From positions 1,248,001-1,312,000 of the forward strand of contig OZ219815.1 in the NCBI GenBank assembly GCA_964291235.2: a stretch of 64,000 nucleotides of DNA. Reading direction: 5' to 3'. The position numbers and the translations under genes were made by a program. Source of the DNA: Vicinamibacteria bacterium. Lineage in GTDB: Bacteria; Acidobacteriota; Vicinamibacteria; Marinacidobacterales; Marinacidobacteraceae. Below the pieces are notes generated by a model. That model was given only the letters and a program-made list of their open reading frames with translations, did no database searches and had not been told where the DNA came from. This document shows, one piece after another, positions 45,162 through 53,508 of the stretch. Numbering within the stretch: the stretch's first letter is position 1; the number at the start of each line of letters is the position of its first letter.

Positions 45162-45307
45162 GCATCCACTCCTGGTGAGTCGCTGCGCCCCCATAACCGA
45201 GCGCAGTACGAACGGGCGACTATATGCGGTTTCCCGACCGGCTCCGAGTACGGACCCCTGCGGTGCGTCCGGCGGATCGCCTGCCGACCCGTAGACTTGG
45301 ACCTCAG

Positions 45308-47992
45308 GTGCGCGTTCGTCTCCCCTTCTTCCTCTCGGGCCTGGTGGGGCTGCTGGCCACCGCCTCGTCCTTCGCCCAGCCACCCTCGCCGGAGGACGTT
45401 CTCGGTTACCCGATGGGTGGTTCCCTTACCGACTACGGGGGGTTGTACCGGTACCTCGACGCCATTGAGGAATCCCCGCGACTCCGCGTCGCGGCTTTCG
45501 GCGAGACCTTCGAACATCGCGAACTGATCCTCTTGACCATCAGTGCGCCAGGAAATCTCGCCCGGCTGGAGGAGATCCAGCGCGACACGCGGCGCCTCGC
45601 CGATCCGCGCGGGCTGACCGACGAAGAAGCCGAAGCGATGATTGCGAGTACCCCCGCCGGGGTCTTCCTCAACTACGGAAACGACGGCAACGAGTCCGCT
45701 GCCTTCGAGGCGGCGCTGTGGATGGCGTGGGAATTGCTGTCCGGCCGTCACGACGAGCTCCTCGAGGACCTCGTCGTGTACATCGTCCCCGCCTCGAACC
45801 CCGACAGCCATGAACGCTTCGCGGCGTGGTTCAAGACTACGCACCGGTGGCCGGATGGCGATCCCGACCCGAACGCCGTCGAACACCGTGCGCCCTGGGG
45901 CCTATCGACGAACAACAACCACTACCAGATCAACCTGAACCGGGATTCCGTCTGGAGCACCCAGCCCGAGAACCGAGCGCTCGTCCGGCTCTACCTCGAT
46001 ACCCGGCCGATGGTCTTCGTGGACCACCACGGCGAGACCGACTCGTTTATCGGCCCTTGGATGGCCGAGCCGCTCCACACCGTGCTCACCGAGAACCAGC
46101 GCGACTGGCTCGTGGAATACGGCCGGGCGATGGCGAGCGACTTCGCGGAGGAGGGATTCCCCTACTCGCCATGGGAATTCGGCCAGTTCGATCCGGGCTA
46201 CTGGGACACTCTGCCCAATTTCACCGGTTCCATCGGCTTCACCCTCGAGACCACCGGGGGCGGCTGGCGCGGGCTCCGTCTGGCCCGGGCCGGCGGGGGC
46301 GAATACACCCTCCGGGACGGAATCGAGCAGCACCTCATCGCCGACCGCAGCCTGCTCGCGCTCACCGCCGAGAACCGGGAACGGCGGCTCCGCGACTACC
46401 TGGCCTACCGGCGCGAGGCGCTGGACTTCGACGTCCGTCCCGGTGGTTGGTTACTGTCGGGTGCGTCCGACCCCGCGCGTCTCGATGCGGTGCGCGGCGT
46501 GCTTCTCCGGGGCGGCATTGAGGTATGGCGGACTGCGTCCGAGGTCACCGTGGGCGGCGCCCATCCCATGTTCCCCGGCACGGGTCCGACGTCGGACGTC
46601 ACGTTGCCGGCGGGCAGCCTGTTGGTCCCCTGGGCCCAGCCCGAAAGCCGACTGCTTCAGGTGCTCCTGGAGCAGGCTGCCCGGTTCAGTGAGGAGTTTC
46701 TCGACTACGTGGACGAGCACCGCGAACGTCGCGGCGATCCCTCGTTCGGGCACGCGGACATCTGGACGAGCGCCGACGCGTTCTACGACATAACCGCCTG
46801 GTCGGCGCCGCTGACCTACCGGGTGGCGGCGTGGACGGTCGATTCGGGGGACCTGCCGTCTCTCGGTGGTGCCGAGGCGATGTCCCTCGAAGATGCGCTG
46901 GCCGATCCGTCCCCCACGGCGGGCGAGTTTCGAAATCCCGGTGCCGGCTACGCCTTCGTCGTTGCCGGGGACTCCGATCATGCGGTCCGCGCCGGGACGT
47001 GGCTACGGGAAGCCGGGGTCCCGTTCCGGGTGGCGACCGCCGACTTCGAGGTCGCGGGAGAGAGTTTCGGCCGCGGCGCCCTGCTCGTTTTCGCCGCGGA
47101 AGCACCCGACCAGCCGGCGCTCCGCACCGCCCTCCTGGACCTGGCGGAAACCGGCGCCCGGATCCTCGGGGTCAGCGGCCCGTTGACGACCTCGGGCCCC
47201 CACCTGGGATCGGACCAGTTCGTGCCGGTGGTTCCGGGTCGCGTCGCCATGGTGATGGGTGGTCCGGTGCGGCCGTCCGCCTACGGCAGCCCGTGGTATC
47301 TCTTCGAGCGCCGCTTCGGACTCGAGTTCACCGCGCTGTCCTGGGATCGGCTCGCCGCCACCGATCTCCGCGGCTATCGGGTTCTGATCCTCGCGGATGG
47401 CAACTATCCGGATCCGGGAAGGGATCCCCGGGCCAGGCAGGTGCTCGACCACCTGGAGGAGTGGACATCTCGGGGTGGCGTCGTCATTGCCATGCGCGGC
47501 GCCTCGGCTTGGCTGGCGGGGGAGGAGGTTTCCTGGGTCCGGACCCGGCTGAAGCCAGGCTTCGCCTCGAAATCCGCGTTCATGACCGACGGCGGGCGCC
47601 CTGACGACCCCGAACCGGACGCGCTGGATGTCGCACAACCCGCCGAGGTCGTCCCCGGGGCGATCCTCCGCGCCCTCCCCAACCCGGAGAATTTCCTCAG
47701 CTTCGGTTACGAGGAGCCGTTCCCGGTGATGGTCTGGTCGAGCCTCGCGTTCGAGCCGGACCCGGCGGTCGCGGTGGCCGCCCGGTTCCCCGACGATCCG
47801 GACGAACTCCTCGGCAGCGGTTTCGCCTTCCCCGATTCCCTCGCCCGCCTCGCCGGAACGCCCTACCTGGTCACCGAGCGCGTCGGCTCCGGCCGCGTCG
47901 TGCTTTTCCTCGACGATCCCAACTTCCGGCTCTTCTGGGACGGCCTCACCCGGCTCTTCATGAACGCCGTCCTCTTCGGCCCGAGCTTCTGA
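45308..47992 (+). CDS. Exported M14-family zinc carboxypeptidase-like protein with C-terminal GATase-like domain
   Basis: FGETFEHREL, NPDSHERF, NLNRD, FVDHHGE, FYDITAWS, GRVVLFLDDPNFR; start uncertain. Confidence 0.85.
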   Translation: MRVRLPFFLSGLVGLLATASSFAQPPSPEDVLGYPMGGSLTDYGGLYRYLDAIEESPRLRVAAFGETFEHRELILLTISAPGNLARLEEIQRDTRRLADPRGLTDEEAEAMIASTPAGVFLNYGNDGNESAAFEAALWMAWELLSGRHDELLEDLVVYIVPASNPDSHERFAAWFKTTHRWPDGDPDPNAVEHRAPWGLSTNNNHYQINLNRDSVWSTQPENRALVRLYLDTRPMVFVDHHGETDSFIGPWMAEPLHTVLTENQRDWLVEYGRAMASDFAEEGFPYSPWEFGQFDPGYWDTLPNFTGSIGFTLETTGGGWRGLRLARAGGGEYTLRDGIEQHLIADRSLLALTAENRERRLRDYLAYRREALDFDVRPGGWLLSGASDPARLDAVRGVLLRGGIEVWRTASEVTVGGAHPMFPGTGPTSDVTLPAGSLLVPWAQPESRLLQVLLEQAARFSEEFLDYVDEHRERRGDPSFGHADIWTSADAFYDITAWSAPLTYRVAAWTVDSGDLPSLGGAEAMSLEDALADPSPTAGEFRNPGAGYAFVVAGDSDHAVRAGTWLREAGVPFRVATADFEVAGESFGRGALLVFAAEAPDQPALRTALLDLAETGARILGVSGPLTTSGPHLGSDQFVPVVPGRVAMVMGGPVRPSAYGSPWYLFERRFGLEFTALSWDRLAATDLRGYRVLILADGNYPDPGRDPRARQVLDHLEEWTSRGGVVIAMRGASAWLAGEEVSWVRTRLKPGFASKSAFMTDGGRPDDPEPDALDVAQPAEVVPGAILRALPNPENFLSFGYEEPFPVMVWSSLAFEPDPAVAVAARFPDDPDELLGSGFAFPDSLARLAGTPYLVTERVGSGRVVLFLDDPNFRLFWDGLTRLFMNAVLFGPSF

Positions 47993-48136
47993 TCAGATCC
48001 CCTCGACCGGAATCGTGATTCCGGGGGCGGCGGCCAGCCGCCGGGCGGGCATGGAGATCCCCTCCATGGCGGTGCGCGCCCTGAGGCGTCGCTTCATGGA
48101 CTCCGGGAGGTTCCGAACCGGGATCGTGGCGACCAT
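47993..48136 (-). pseudogene. Degenerate FitA/Arc-like ribbon-helix-helix antitoxin fragment (47 aa)
   Basis: MVATIPVRNLPESMKRRLRARTAMEGISM resembles the FitA-type pattern ATITIRNLxxxxKxxLRxRAAxxGxSM, then diverges; no adjacent toxin gene. Confidence 0.55.
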
Positions 48137-48270
48137 GAACGCAGAACGATCTCGTCCACTTGGCTTGTTGAGTGACGTGCAAATGCATGTGAGGCTCCGG
48201 CTCCAGGGATGACAAGAAATGGCGTGCCCCGCGCTTAGCGTTCCCGCCTCGAACAAGGAGAAGAGAGAGA

Positions 48271-51129
48271 TTGAAGAAGTACGACCGTTTCCTGACACGC
48301 GACTACCTGATGGCCGCGCTCCACCGCGCCCTCCGGGACAAGAAGCTCGGATCGAAGCTCCTGAGCTGGATCGGGTCGAGCGACGACGAACTCGAGACGA
48401 TGGATGCCGGATTCCTGACGGTGAAATTCCGGGAGTTGGGTCTCGACGACGGAGATGAAGGCGAACCCGGCTTCGGCTTCGGAGGCCGCCGGAGGCGCCC
48501 CGGTCGCCGGCGCCGAACCGGCGACAGCCCGGCGCCTGCGAGCGCACGGGCAAAGGAGTTCCTGGCCTGGGCGGTCGACGCCGTTGAGCAGTCCGTTGCC
48601 GAGCCGCCTGCCGAAGGGGCCGAGGCGCGCGCAACGGCGCTGGCGGTGCGCCGCTTCCAGCTCGACGGAGCGTGCGGTCGGCTGTTGGAACTCGCGCGCC
48701 TCTACGACGACCGCAAATCGCCCGCGGAGGAGCTCTGGGACACCGTGAAGGACGCCCTCGGCGATCCTCTGGAGGCGAGCGCGGTGCTGCTCGGCACTGC
48801 GCGATCACGCGTCGAACGATCGTTGCGCAAACTGACCGAAGTCGGGATCGCCGATGCGGACAACTGGAGCAGGAACGGAGCCGAACCCGCCAGCTACGTG
48901 GAGGGCTGGTTCGATTGCGTCTATCGCCCTCCGGTCGCCGACGAAGGGGAACTCCGCGAGCGCCTGGTCCCCCTGGCCCCGGAGCCGCTCCTGGAGATTG
49001 AAGCCTTCGATCACCTCGACGCCCGGGAGGACGCGATTCGCCTGCTCGCGGCCGCGACCCGGTCGGGAGAGAGCGTCCGCCTGCTCTTCTATGGCAGGGC
49101 CGGAACGGGCAAGACCGAAGCTGCGAAGACGCTTGTCCGCGCTGCTGGGGGCCGCCTCTACGACCTTTGCGAACCCGAATCCGGCGGTATCTGGGGGGAG
49201 GAGCGCACGGACCGCCGGATGGACCGCTCGGCGGACAAGCGGAACCGCCTGCGGATGGCGTTGGCGCTGCTCAGGAGCGAGCCCGGGGCGGCCGTCCTCT
49301 GTGACGAGGTGGAAGACGTGTTGTCGTCCAGCGACGGCAGCCGTCGGGAAAACCACAGTCTTCTGGAGGGTGCCGCGGTTCCCATCGTGTTTACCGGCAA
49401 CGATCTCTCCCGGTTCGACGAGGCGGTGCTGCGGCGTTTCGACTTGGCCATTCACTTCAAGGCCCACAGCCCGACCCGCCGCCGCTCGGTGGTGCGCCGG
49501 ATGCTGGACAATTCGGGCCTCGAGACCGTCGAGGCGGAAGCGGTGGAATCTCTTGCGATGCGGCTTGCCGACGAACTGGAGTGTCCTCCGGGGATCATCG
49601 AACGAGCGATCCGCTCGGCCCGTCTGATTCAGGGCTCTCCGGACGACGTCTTCCGGTTCGCCGAGCGTCACGAGCGAACCATCTCGACGCACATTCCGCG
49701 CCCACGCCTCGGGGCGCCGGTAACGGCGGAACTGCCTTGGGAAGCGTTCGGTCACCTCGACGAGCGCGCCGAGGACTTCCGGCAGTTCTTCAGGGCGGCG
49801 CTGTGCGCACGCCGGGACGGACGCGCCGAAAGCAGGGGCATTACGTTCCTGGCCTACGGCCCCCCCGGCTGCGGCAAGACGGAGTTCTGCCGGACGGCGG
49901 CCGCCGAAGCCGGGGCAACCCTCTATTCCGTGGGAAATCAGGAACTCGGGCCCGAGTCGCGCCGCCCGGTGTCCCGCCGTACGAGTCTGGAGTACGCGAT
50001 CGAAGCACTCACGGACGAACCAAACGCGGTGATCCTCTTCGACGAGTTGGAGGACTTCGTCTTCTCCAGCGACAGCCCGCCCAAACACTGGATGAACAAC
50101 CTGGCGGAGGAGTCGCCGGTGCCCATCCTGTTCACGGCCAACTCGATCCGGGCTTTGCGCGAGCATCTGCCGTACCTTCTGGACCGGATGACGTACTCGC
50201 TGGAGTTCCGCGATCTTCCACGGGGCAATCGAGCCGCTATTTTCCGTACTCTGCTGCGCGCGAACGAGTCAGCCGACATGGCGTCTCTGGCCGAGGAGCT
50301 GGCGGCTGACCCCCGCGTCACTCCGCGCCAGGTCCGGGACGCCGGTCTGGTGGCCGTTTTGTCGGGGAGAGGCCCCGACGCTGCCAGGCGAGCCCAGCGG
50401 GAGAAGGCTCAGCTTCTCCGGGGAAAGGGCATGGCCGAAGCGAAGGCGGCGGAGAAGTACGACTTCTCTCTGGTCCACGCCGACCCGGATCTCGCCGCGT
50501 TGACAGACCGGATCGTGAGGATCGGTCGCCGCCGGATGGGGATCCTTCTCGACGGCCCGTCCGGGAGCGGGAAATCCGAGTACGCGAAGCAACTCGCGAA
50601 GCGGATGGACCTCGATCTCCTGACGAAGCGCGCGTCGGACTTGATGAGCAAGTGGGTCGGGGAGACCGAGCAGCAGATCGCCGGCGCCTTCGCCGAGGCC
50701 CGAGCGACGGACAGCTTCCTGATCATCGACGAGGCGGACTCGTTCCTCACCGACCGCCGTGACGCGCAGCGGAGTTGGGAGACCTCCATGGTGAACGAGA
50801 TGCTGAGCCACCTCGAAAACCACGACCTTCCCTACGCCTTCTCAACCAATTTCGCGGACCGGTTGGACCCGGCGGTCGCCCGGCGTTTCCTCTTCCGGGC
50901 GACCTTCAAGTTCCTGGACGAGCCTCGCGTTGTCCGCGCCTGGGAGTTCTTCTTCGGGGGTGAATGTCCGGAGCAAGTGCGAAACCTCACTCGTCTCGTG
51001 CCCGCGGACTTCGCCCTCGTTTGTGAGCGCGCCGAGAAGCTCGGCTTCCTCAACAATCCCGATCAGATCGCCTCGGAACTTGTCTCCCAGTCCCGCGACC
51101 AGAACCGCACCCGTGCGGTCGGCTTCTGA
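48271..51129 (+). CDS. AAA+ ATPase with three tandem AAA modules
   Basis: RBS AAGGAG; Walker A GRAGTGKT, GPPGCGKT, GPSGSGKS; Walker B LCDEVE, LFDELE, IIDEAD; pore loop SKWVGETE; C-terminal AVGF. Confidence 0.92.
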   Translation: MKKYDRFLTRDYLMAALHRALRDKKLGSKLLSWIGSSDDELETMDAGFLTVKFRELGLDDGDEGEPGFGFGGRRRRPGRRRRTGDSPAPASARAKEFLAWAVDAVEQSVAEPPAEGAEARATALAVRRFQLDGACGRLLELARLYDDRKSPAEELWDTVKDALGDPLEASAVLLGTARSRVERSLRKLTEVGIADADNWSRNGAEPASYVEGWFDCVYRPPVADEGELRERLVPLAPEPLLEIEAFDHLDAREDAIRLLAAATRSGESVRLLFYGRAGTGKTEAAKTLVRAAGGRLYDLCEPESGGIWGEERTDRRMDRSADKRNRLRMALALLRSEPGAAVLCDEVEDVLSSSDGSRRENHSLLEGAAVPIVFTGNDLSRFDEAVLRRFDLAIHFKAHSPTRRRSVVRRMLDNSGLETVEAEAVESLAMRLADELECPPGIIERAIRSARLIQGSPDDVFRFAERHERTISTHIPRPRLGAPVTAELPWEAFGHLDERAEDFRQFFRAALCARRDGRAESRGITFLAYGPPGCGKTEFCRTAAAEAGATLYSVGNQELGPESRRPVSRRTSLEYAIEALTDEPNAVILFDELEDFVFSSDSPPKHWMNNLAEESPVPILFTANSIRALREHLPYLLDRMTYSLEFRDLPRGNRAAIFRTLLRANESADMASLAEELAADPRVTPRQVRDAGLVAVLSGRGPDAARRAQREKAQLLRGKGMAEAKAAEKYDFSLVHADPDLAALTDRIVRIGRRRMGILLDGPSGSGKSEYAKQLAKRMDLDLLTKRASDLMSKWVGETEQQIAGAFAEARATDSFLIIDEADSFLTDRRDAQRSWETSMVNEMLSHLENHDLPYAFSTNFADRLDPAVARRFLFRATFKFLDEPRVVRAWEFFFGGECPEQVRNLTRLVPADFALVCERAEKLGFLNNPDQIASELVSQSRDQNRTRAVGF

Positions 51130-51169
51130 CGGAGAGAAGGACGCCGGCCGGCGCACAGGCCCGGGAGCC

Positions 51170-51205
51170 CCCACCGGGAGAACCGGGCCGGCCTCCAGGC
51201 CGGCG
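51170..51205 (+). repeat. Left 36-bp imperfect direct repeat containing a REP-like hairpin
   Basis: cccaccgggagaaccgggccggcctccaggccggcg, 30/36 identical to 51922-51957. Confidence 0.65.
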
Positions 51206-51257
51206 CAGCCCCGCAAAGCGCGGCGAACCCACGCCCTCAGCCAGAACTTGGTCTAAC

Positions 51258-51329
51258 TTGACCATGGCTCTCGGTGTTTGACCGCGGCTCGCGGGTTTGA
51301 CCATGGCTCCCAGGCTTTGACCATGGCTC
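51258..51329 (+). repeat. Direct-repeat array A (4 units, iteron-like)
   Basis: TTGACC(AT/GC)GGCTC units at 51258, 51278, 51297, 51317 (spacing 20, 19, 20). Confidence 0.9.
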
Positions 51330-51549
51330 GCGGGCGCCTCCCGGGTCTGGGACCGCGGTCTCTCCGAATTGCCGATCTTCCAATCGAAATCCGGAAGAAG
51401 ACCGCCGGAATGGCCGAATCCATGCCGCAAGAGGCCGGTTTTGGGCCGGAAACAACCGATCCCGCCGAGAAACCCGCGAAATCCCGATTTCGGGGTGGAA
51501 ACGCCCAAATGCGGCAATTGACCACGCCTTCACGGTCCATATCGACGAA

Positions 51550-51621
51550 ATGACCATGGTTCTCGACGTTTGACCATGGTTCTCGATGTTTGACCATGGC
51601 TCTCCTGTTTGACCATGGCTC
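51550..51621 (+). repeat. Direct-repeat array B (4 units, iteron-like)
   Basis: (A/T)TGACCATGGYTC units at 51550, 51570, 51590, 51609 (spacing 20, 20, 19). Confidence 0.9.
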
Positions 51622-51921
51622 AGGAAGAGGCGGTCTTGAAGAGCCAGGGAACGTCGGTCTTGATTGAGACCGGTGCTGCAAATCGCTGCCGCGGCAAAAG
51701 CGCGGGTACGGCTTGGAGCGCTGTCGAGAAACGGATCACCGATCTCATCACAACCTTGGACTCCGCTTAGGTCTTGGCTGGCGGCGGCGTGTGCCGGCAA
51801 GGACCGCAGCACATCGGAGGTTTATGTTCCGGTACCCCCTTTGTGGGCCACTGGTCGTGAAGGTGATCGAGCAGGCGTACTGTCCGGGGGATTGGGTACA
51901 CGGTTCCGCGTGTTGTGGCCT

Positions 51922-51957
51922 CCCACCGGGAGGACGGGGCCGACCTGGAGGTCGGCG
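51922..51957 (+). repeat. Right 36-bp imperfect direct repeat containing a REP-like hairpin
   Basis: cccaccgggaggacggggccgacctggaggtcggcg. Confidence 0.65.
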
Positions 51958-51977
51958 GTCCCTTCCCTGACGAGCTT

Positions 51978-52466
51978 CTAGGGTTCGTCGAGTTCTGCCG
52001 CCGCGAGGCCGACCTGGACGATCCGCCGCTGATCCACCCCGGCGACGCCGACGTACTTGAAGACGGCGCCATCGAGCACGCGAGGTGCGGCGGCTTGCAC
52101 CACGACGGCCTGTTCGCCGGTCAGCAACGCCGCGAACGGGGCCGCCCGCGAATCCGCAGCGGGATCGGTAGGGAACGCGAAATCCACGCCATCCACGTTC
52201 GTGAACGCGATCTCGCCGTTCTCGTCGCTTACCCAGAACTCCGAGACGATGGTTTCATCCGCGACGCGCTTCAGGACGGCGTTGATCGCTTCCCGGTCCA
52301 TCCCGGCCTTGAGCGCGGCGTCCACGAAGTGGGCAGTGAGCGTCGCCTCAGCCACCATGTGTTTCGAGACGGCGTCATGCGCCGCCGGCTGCTGCGTTCC
52401 CATCGCTACACCTCCCAAGAGAGCAAGGGCCGCCACCGAGGCGGTCGTCCATCGCAACGTTCTCAT
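51978..52466 (-). CDS. Exported stand-alone Cache/PDC-like domain protein
   Basis: Signal peptide; EFWVSDENGEI..TN and FKYVGVAG...IVQVG typical of Cache-like sensor domains. Confidence 0.6.
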   Translation of the reverse strand: MRTLRWTTASVAALALLGGVAMGTQQPAAHDAVSKHMVAEATLTAHFVDAALKAGMDREAINAVLKRVADETIVSEFWVSDENGEIAFTNVDGVDFAFPTDPAADSRAAPFAALLTGEQAVVVQAAAPRVLDGAVFKYVGVAGVDQRRIVQVGLAAAELDEP

Positions 52467-52524
52467 ATTCGGTCCTCCGAGGCTCCACGAAAGTCGCTTG
52501 GCGAGCGAACCCCGGCGCGGAGGA

Positions 52525-53094
52525 TCAGGGATGGAGTTGGCGTCCGGTGATCCCGAGCTCCTCGGCGTGCGGCCGGAGCGCGTCCACGATGAAATCGATG
52601 TGCTCGCCGAGGTCCACACCGAGCAATTCGGCGCCGAAGCGGCACTCGTGGCGTTCCACCTTCGCCGCGAACCGCTTGTCCTTCAGTTTCTTCTTGACGC
52701 TCCTGGCGCCCAGCGTCGAGATCCCTTCGGGCCGCACCAGAGCGCAGGCGACGATGAACCCGGTGAGTTCGTCGCAGGCGAGGAGCGCCTTGTCCATCGC
52801 TGACTTCCACTCGACGCCCCATTTCGTGTAGTGGCCGGAGATCGCGTAGGCGAGTTCCTCCTCGCCGCGCTCGCGCAACCAGCCGACGATCCGGTTCGGA
52901 TGGTCCTCGGGCCACTTTTCGTAGTCGGCGTCGTGGAGCATGCCCGCGATACCCCACACGTCGGGGTCTGCATCCGGCTCGCCGTAGCGGCCGGCGGCCG
53001 CCCGCATGACGACCTCAACCGCGCGGGCGTGCTTCTGGAGCGAATCGGTCTCGCACCAGGTGGTGAGGTGCGCCCAGGCTTCGTCGCGGGTCAT
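52525..53094 (-). CDS. HD-domain metal-dependent phosphohydrolase
   Basis: KHARAVE, GMLHDADYE, ACDELTGFI, KDKRFAAKV. Confidence 0.9.
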   Translation of the reverse strand: MTRDEAWAHLTTWCETDSLQKHARAVEVVMRAAAGRYGEPDADPDVWGIAGMLHDADYEKWPEDHPNRIVGWLRERGEEELAYAISGHYTKWGVEWKSAMDKALLACDELTGFIVACALVRPEGISTLGARSVKKKLKDKRFAAKVERHECRFGAELLGVDLGEHIDFIVDALRPHAEELGITGRQLHP

Positions 53095-53495
53095 TCCGGG
53101 TTCTTTCCTCCCGGAGGACAACAGGACTCGATGCTCCACTTGCCGGAACCGGTGGTGGCGATGAAGAGGAACGCGAAGGCGAAGAGCGTCGCCAGTTCGC
53201 CGTCGTTCTGAATGGGCAGCAGCCCGTCCGGCTGGTGGCGGTAGAAGTAGGCGACTGCCATCTGTCCCGACGCGAGGAACGCCGCGATCCGGGTGCGGTA
53301 ACCGACGAGGACCAGCGCACCCGTGACGAACTCGACGACCCCGGCGGTGTTGTAGAGCCACGCCGGGGAGTACGGGGTTCCCTCGCCGAGCAGGAAGAAG
53401 ATCGCCACCACTCCGTGGCAGAAGAAGAGGAAACCGACCATGATGCGCAGCAGCGCGTAGGCCGTTTCCCGGTGCGGCGCCAGCACGGTCTTCAT
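53091..53495 (-). CDS. DoxX family membrane protein
   Basis: LLRIMVGFLFFCHG, AGVVEF..G..TRIAAF, GSGKWSI. Confidence 0.9.
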   Translation of the reverse strand: MKTVLAPHRETAYALLRIMVGFLFFCHGVVAIFFLLGEGTPYSPAWLYNTAGVVEFVTGALVLVGYRTRIAAFLASGQMAVAYFYRHQPDGLLPIQNDGELATLFAFAFLFIATTGSGKWSIESCCPPGGKNPE

Positions 53496-53508
53496 TCGAA
53501 CCCCTCCT

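Noticed and set aside
48220-48236. Sigma54 promoter upstream of the triple-AAA gene
   Set aside because: GG-N10-GC spacing is present (tggcgtgccccgcgct) but the TT before GC is missing; likely chance in GC-rich DNA.
51258-51621. CRISPR array
   Set aside because: Conserved part only ~13 bp with 6-7-bp variable linkers, far too short for spacers; no cas genes in the window.
51050-51812. Minus-strand ORFs with repeated EPWSN / AMVK / NHGQ peptides
   Set aside because: The 19-20-bp period is not a multiple of three and the same peptides appear in all three frames, so the repeat is DNA-level.
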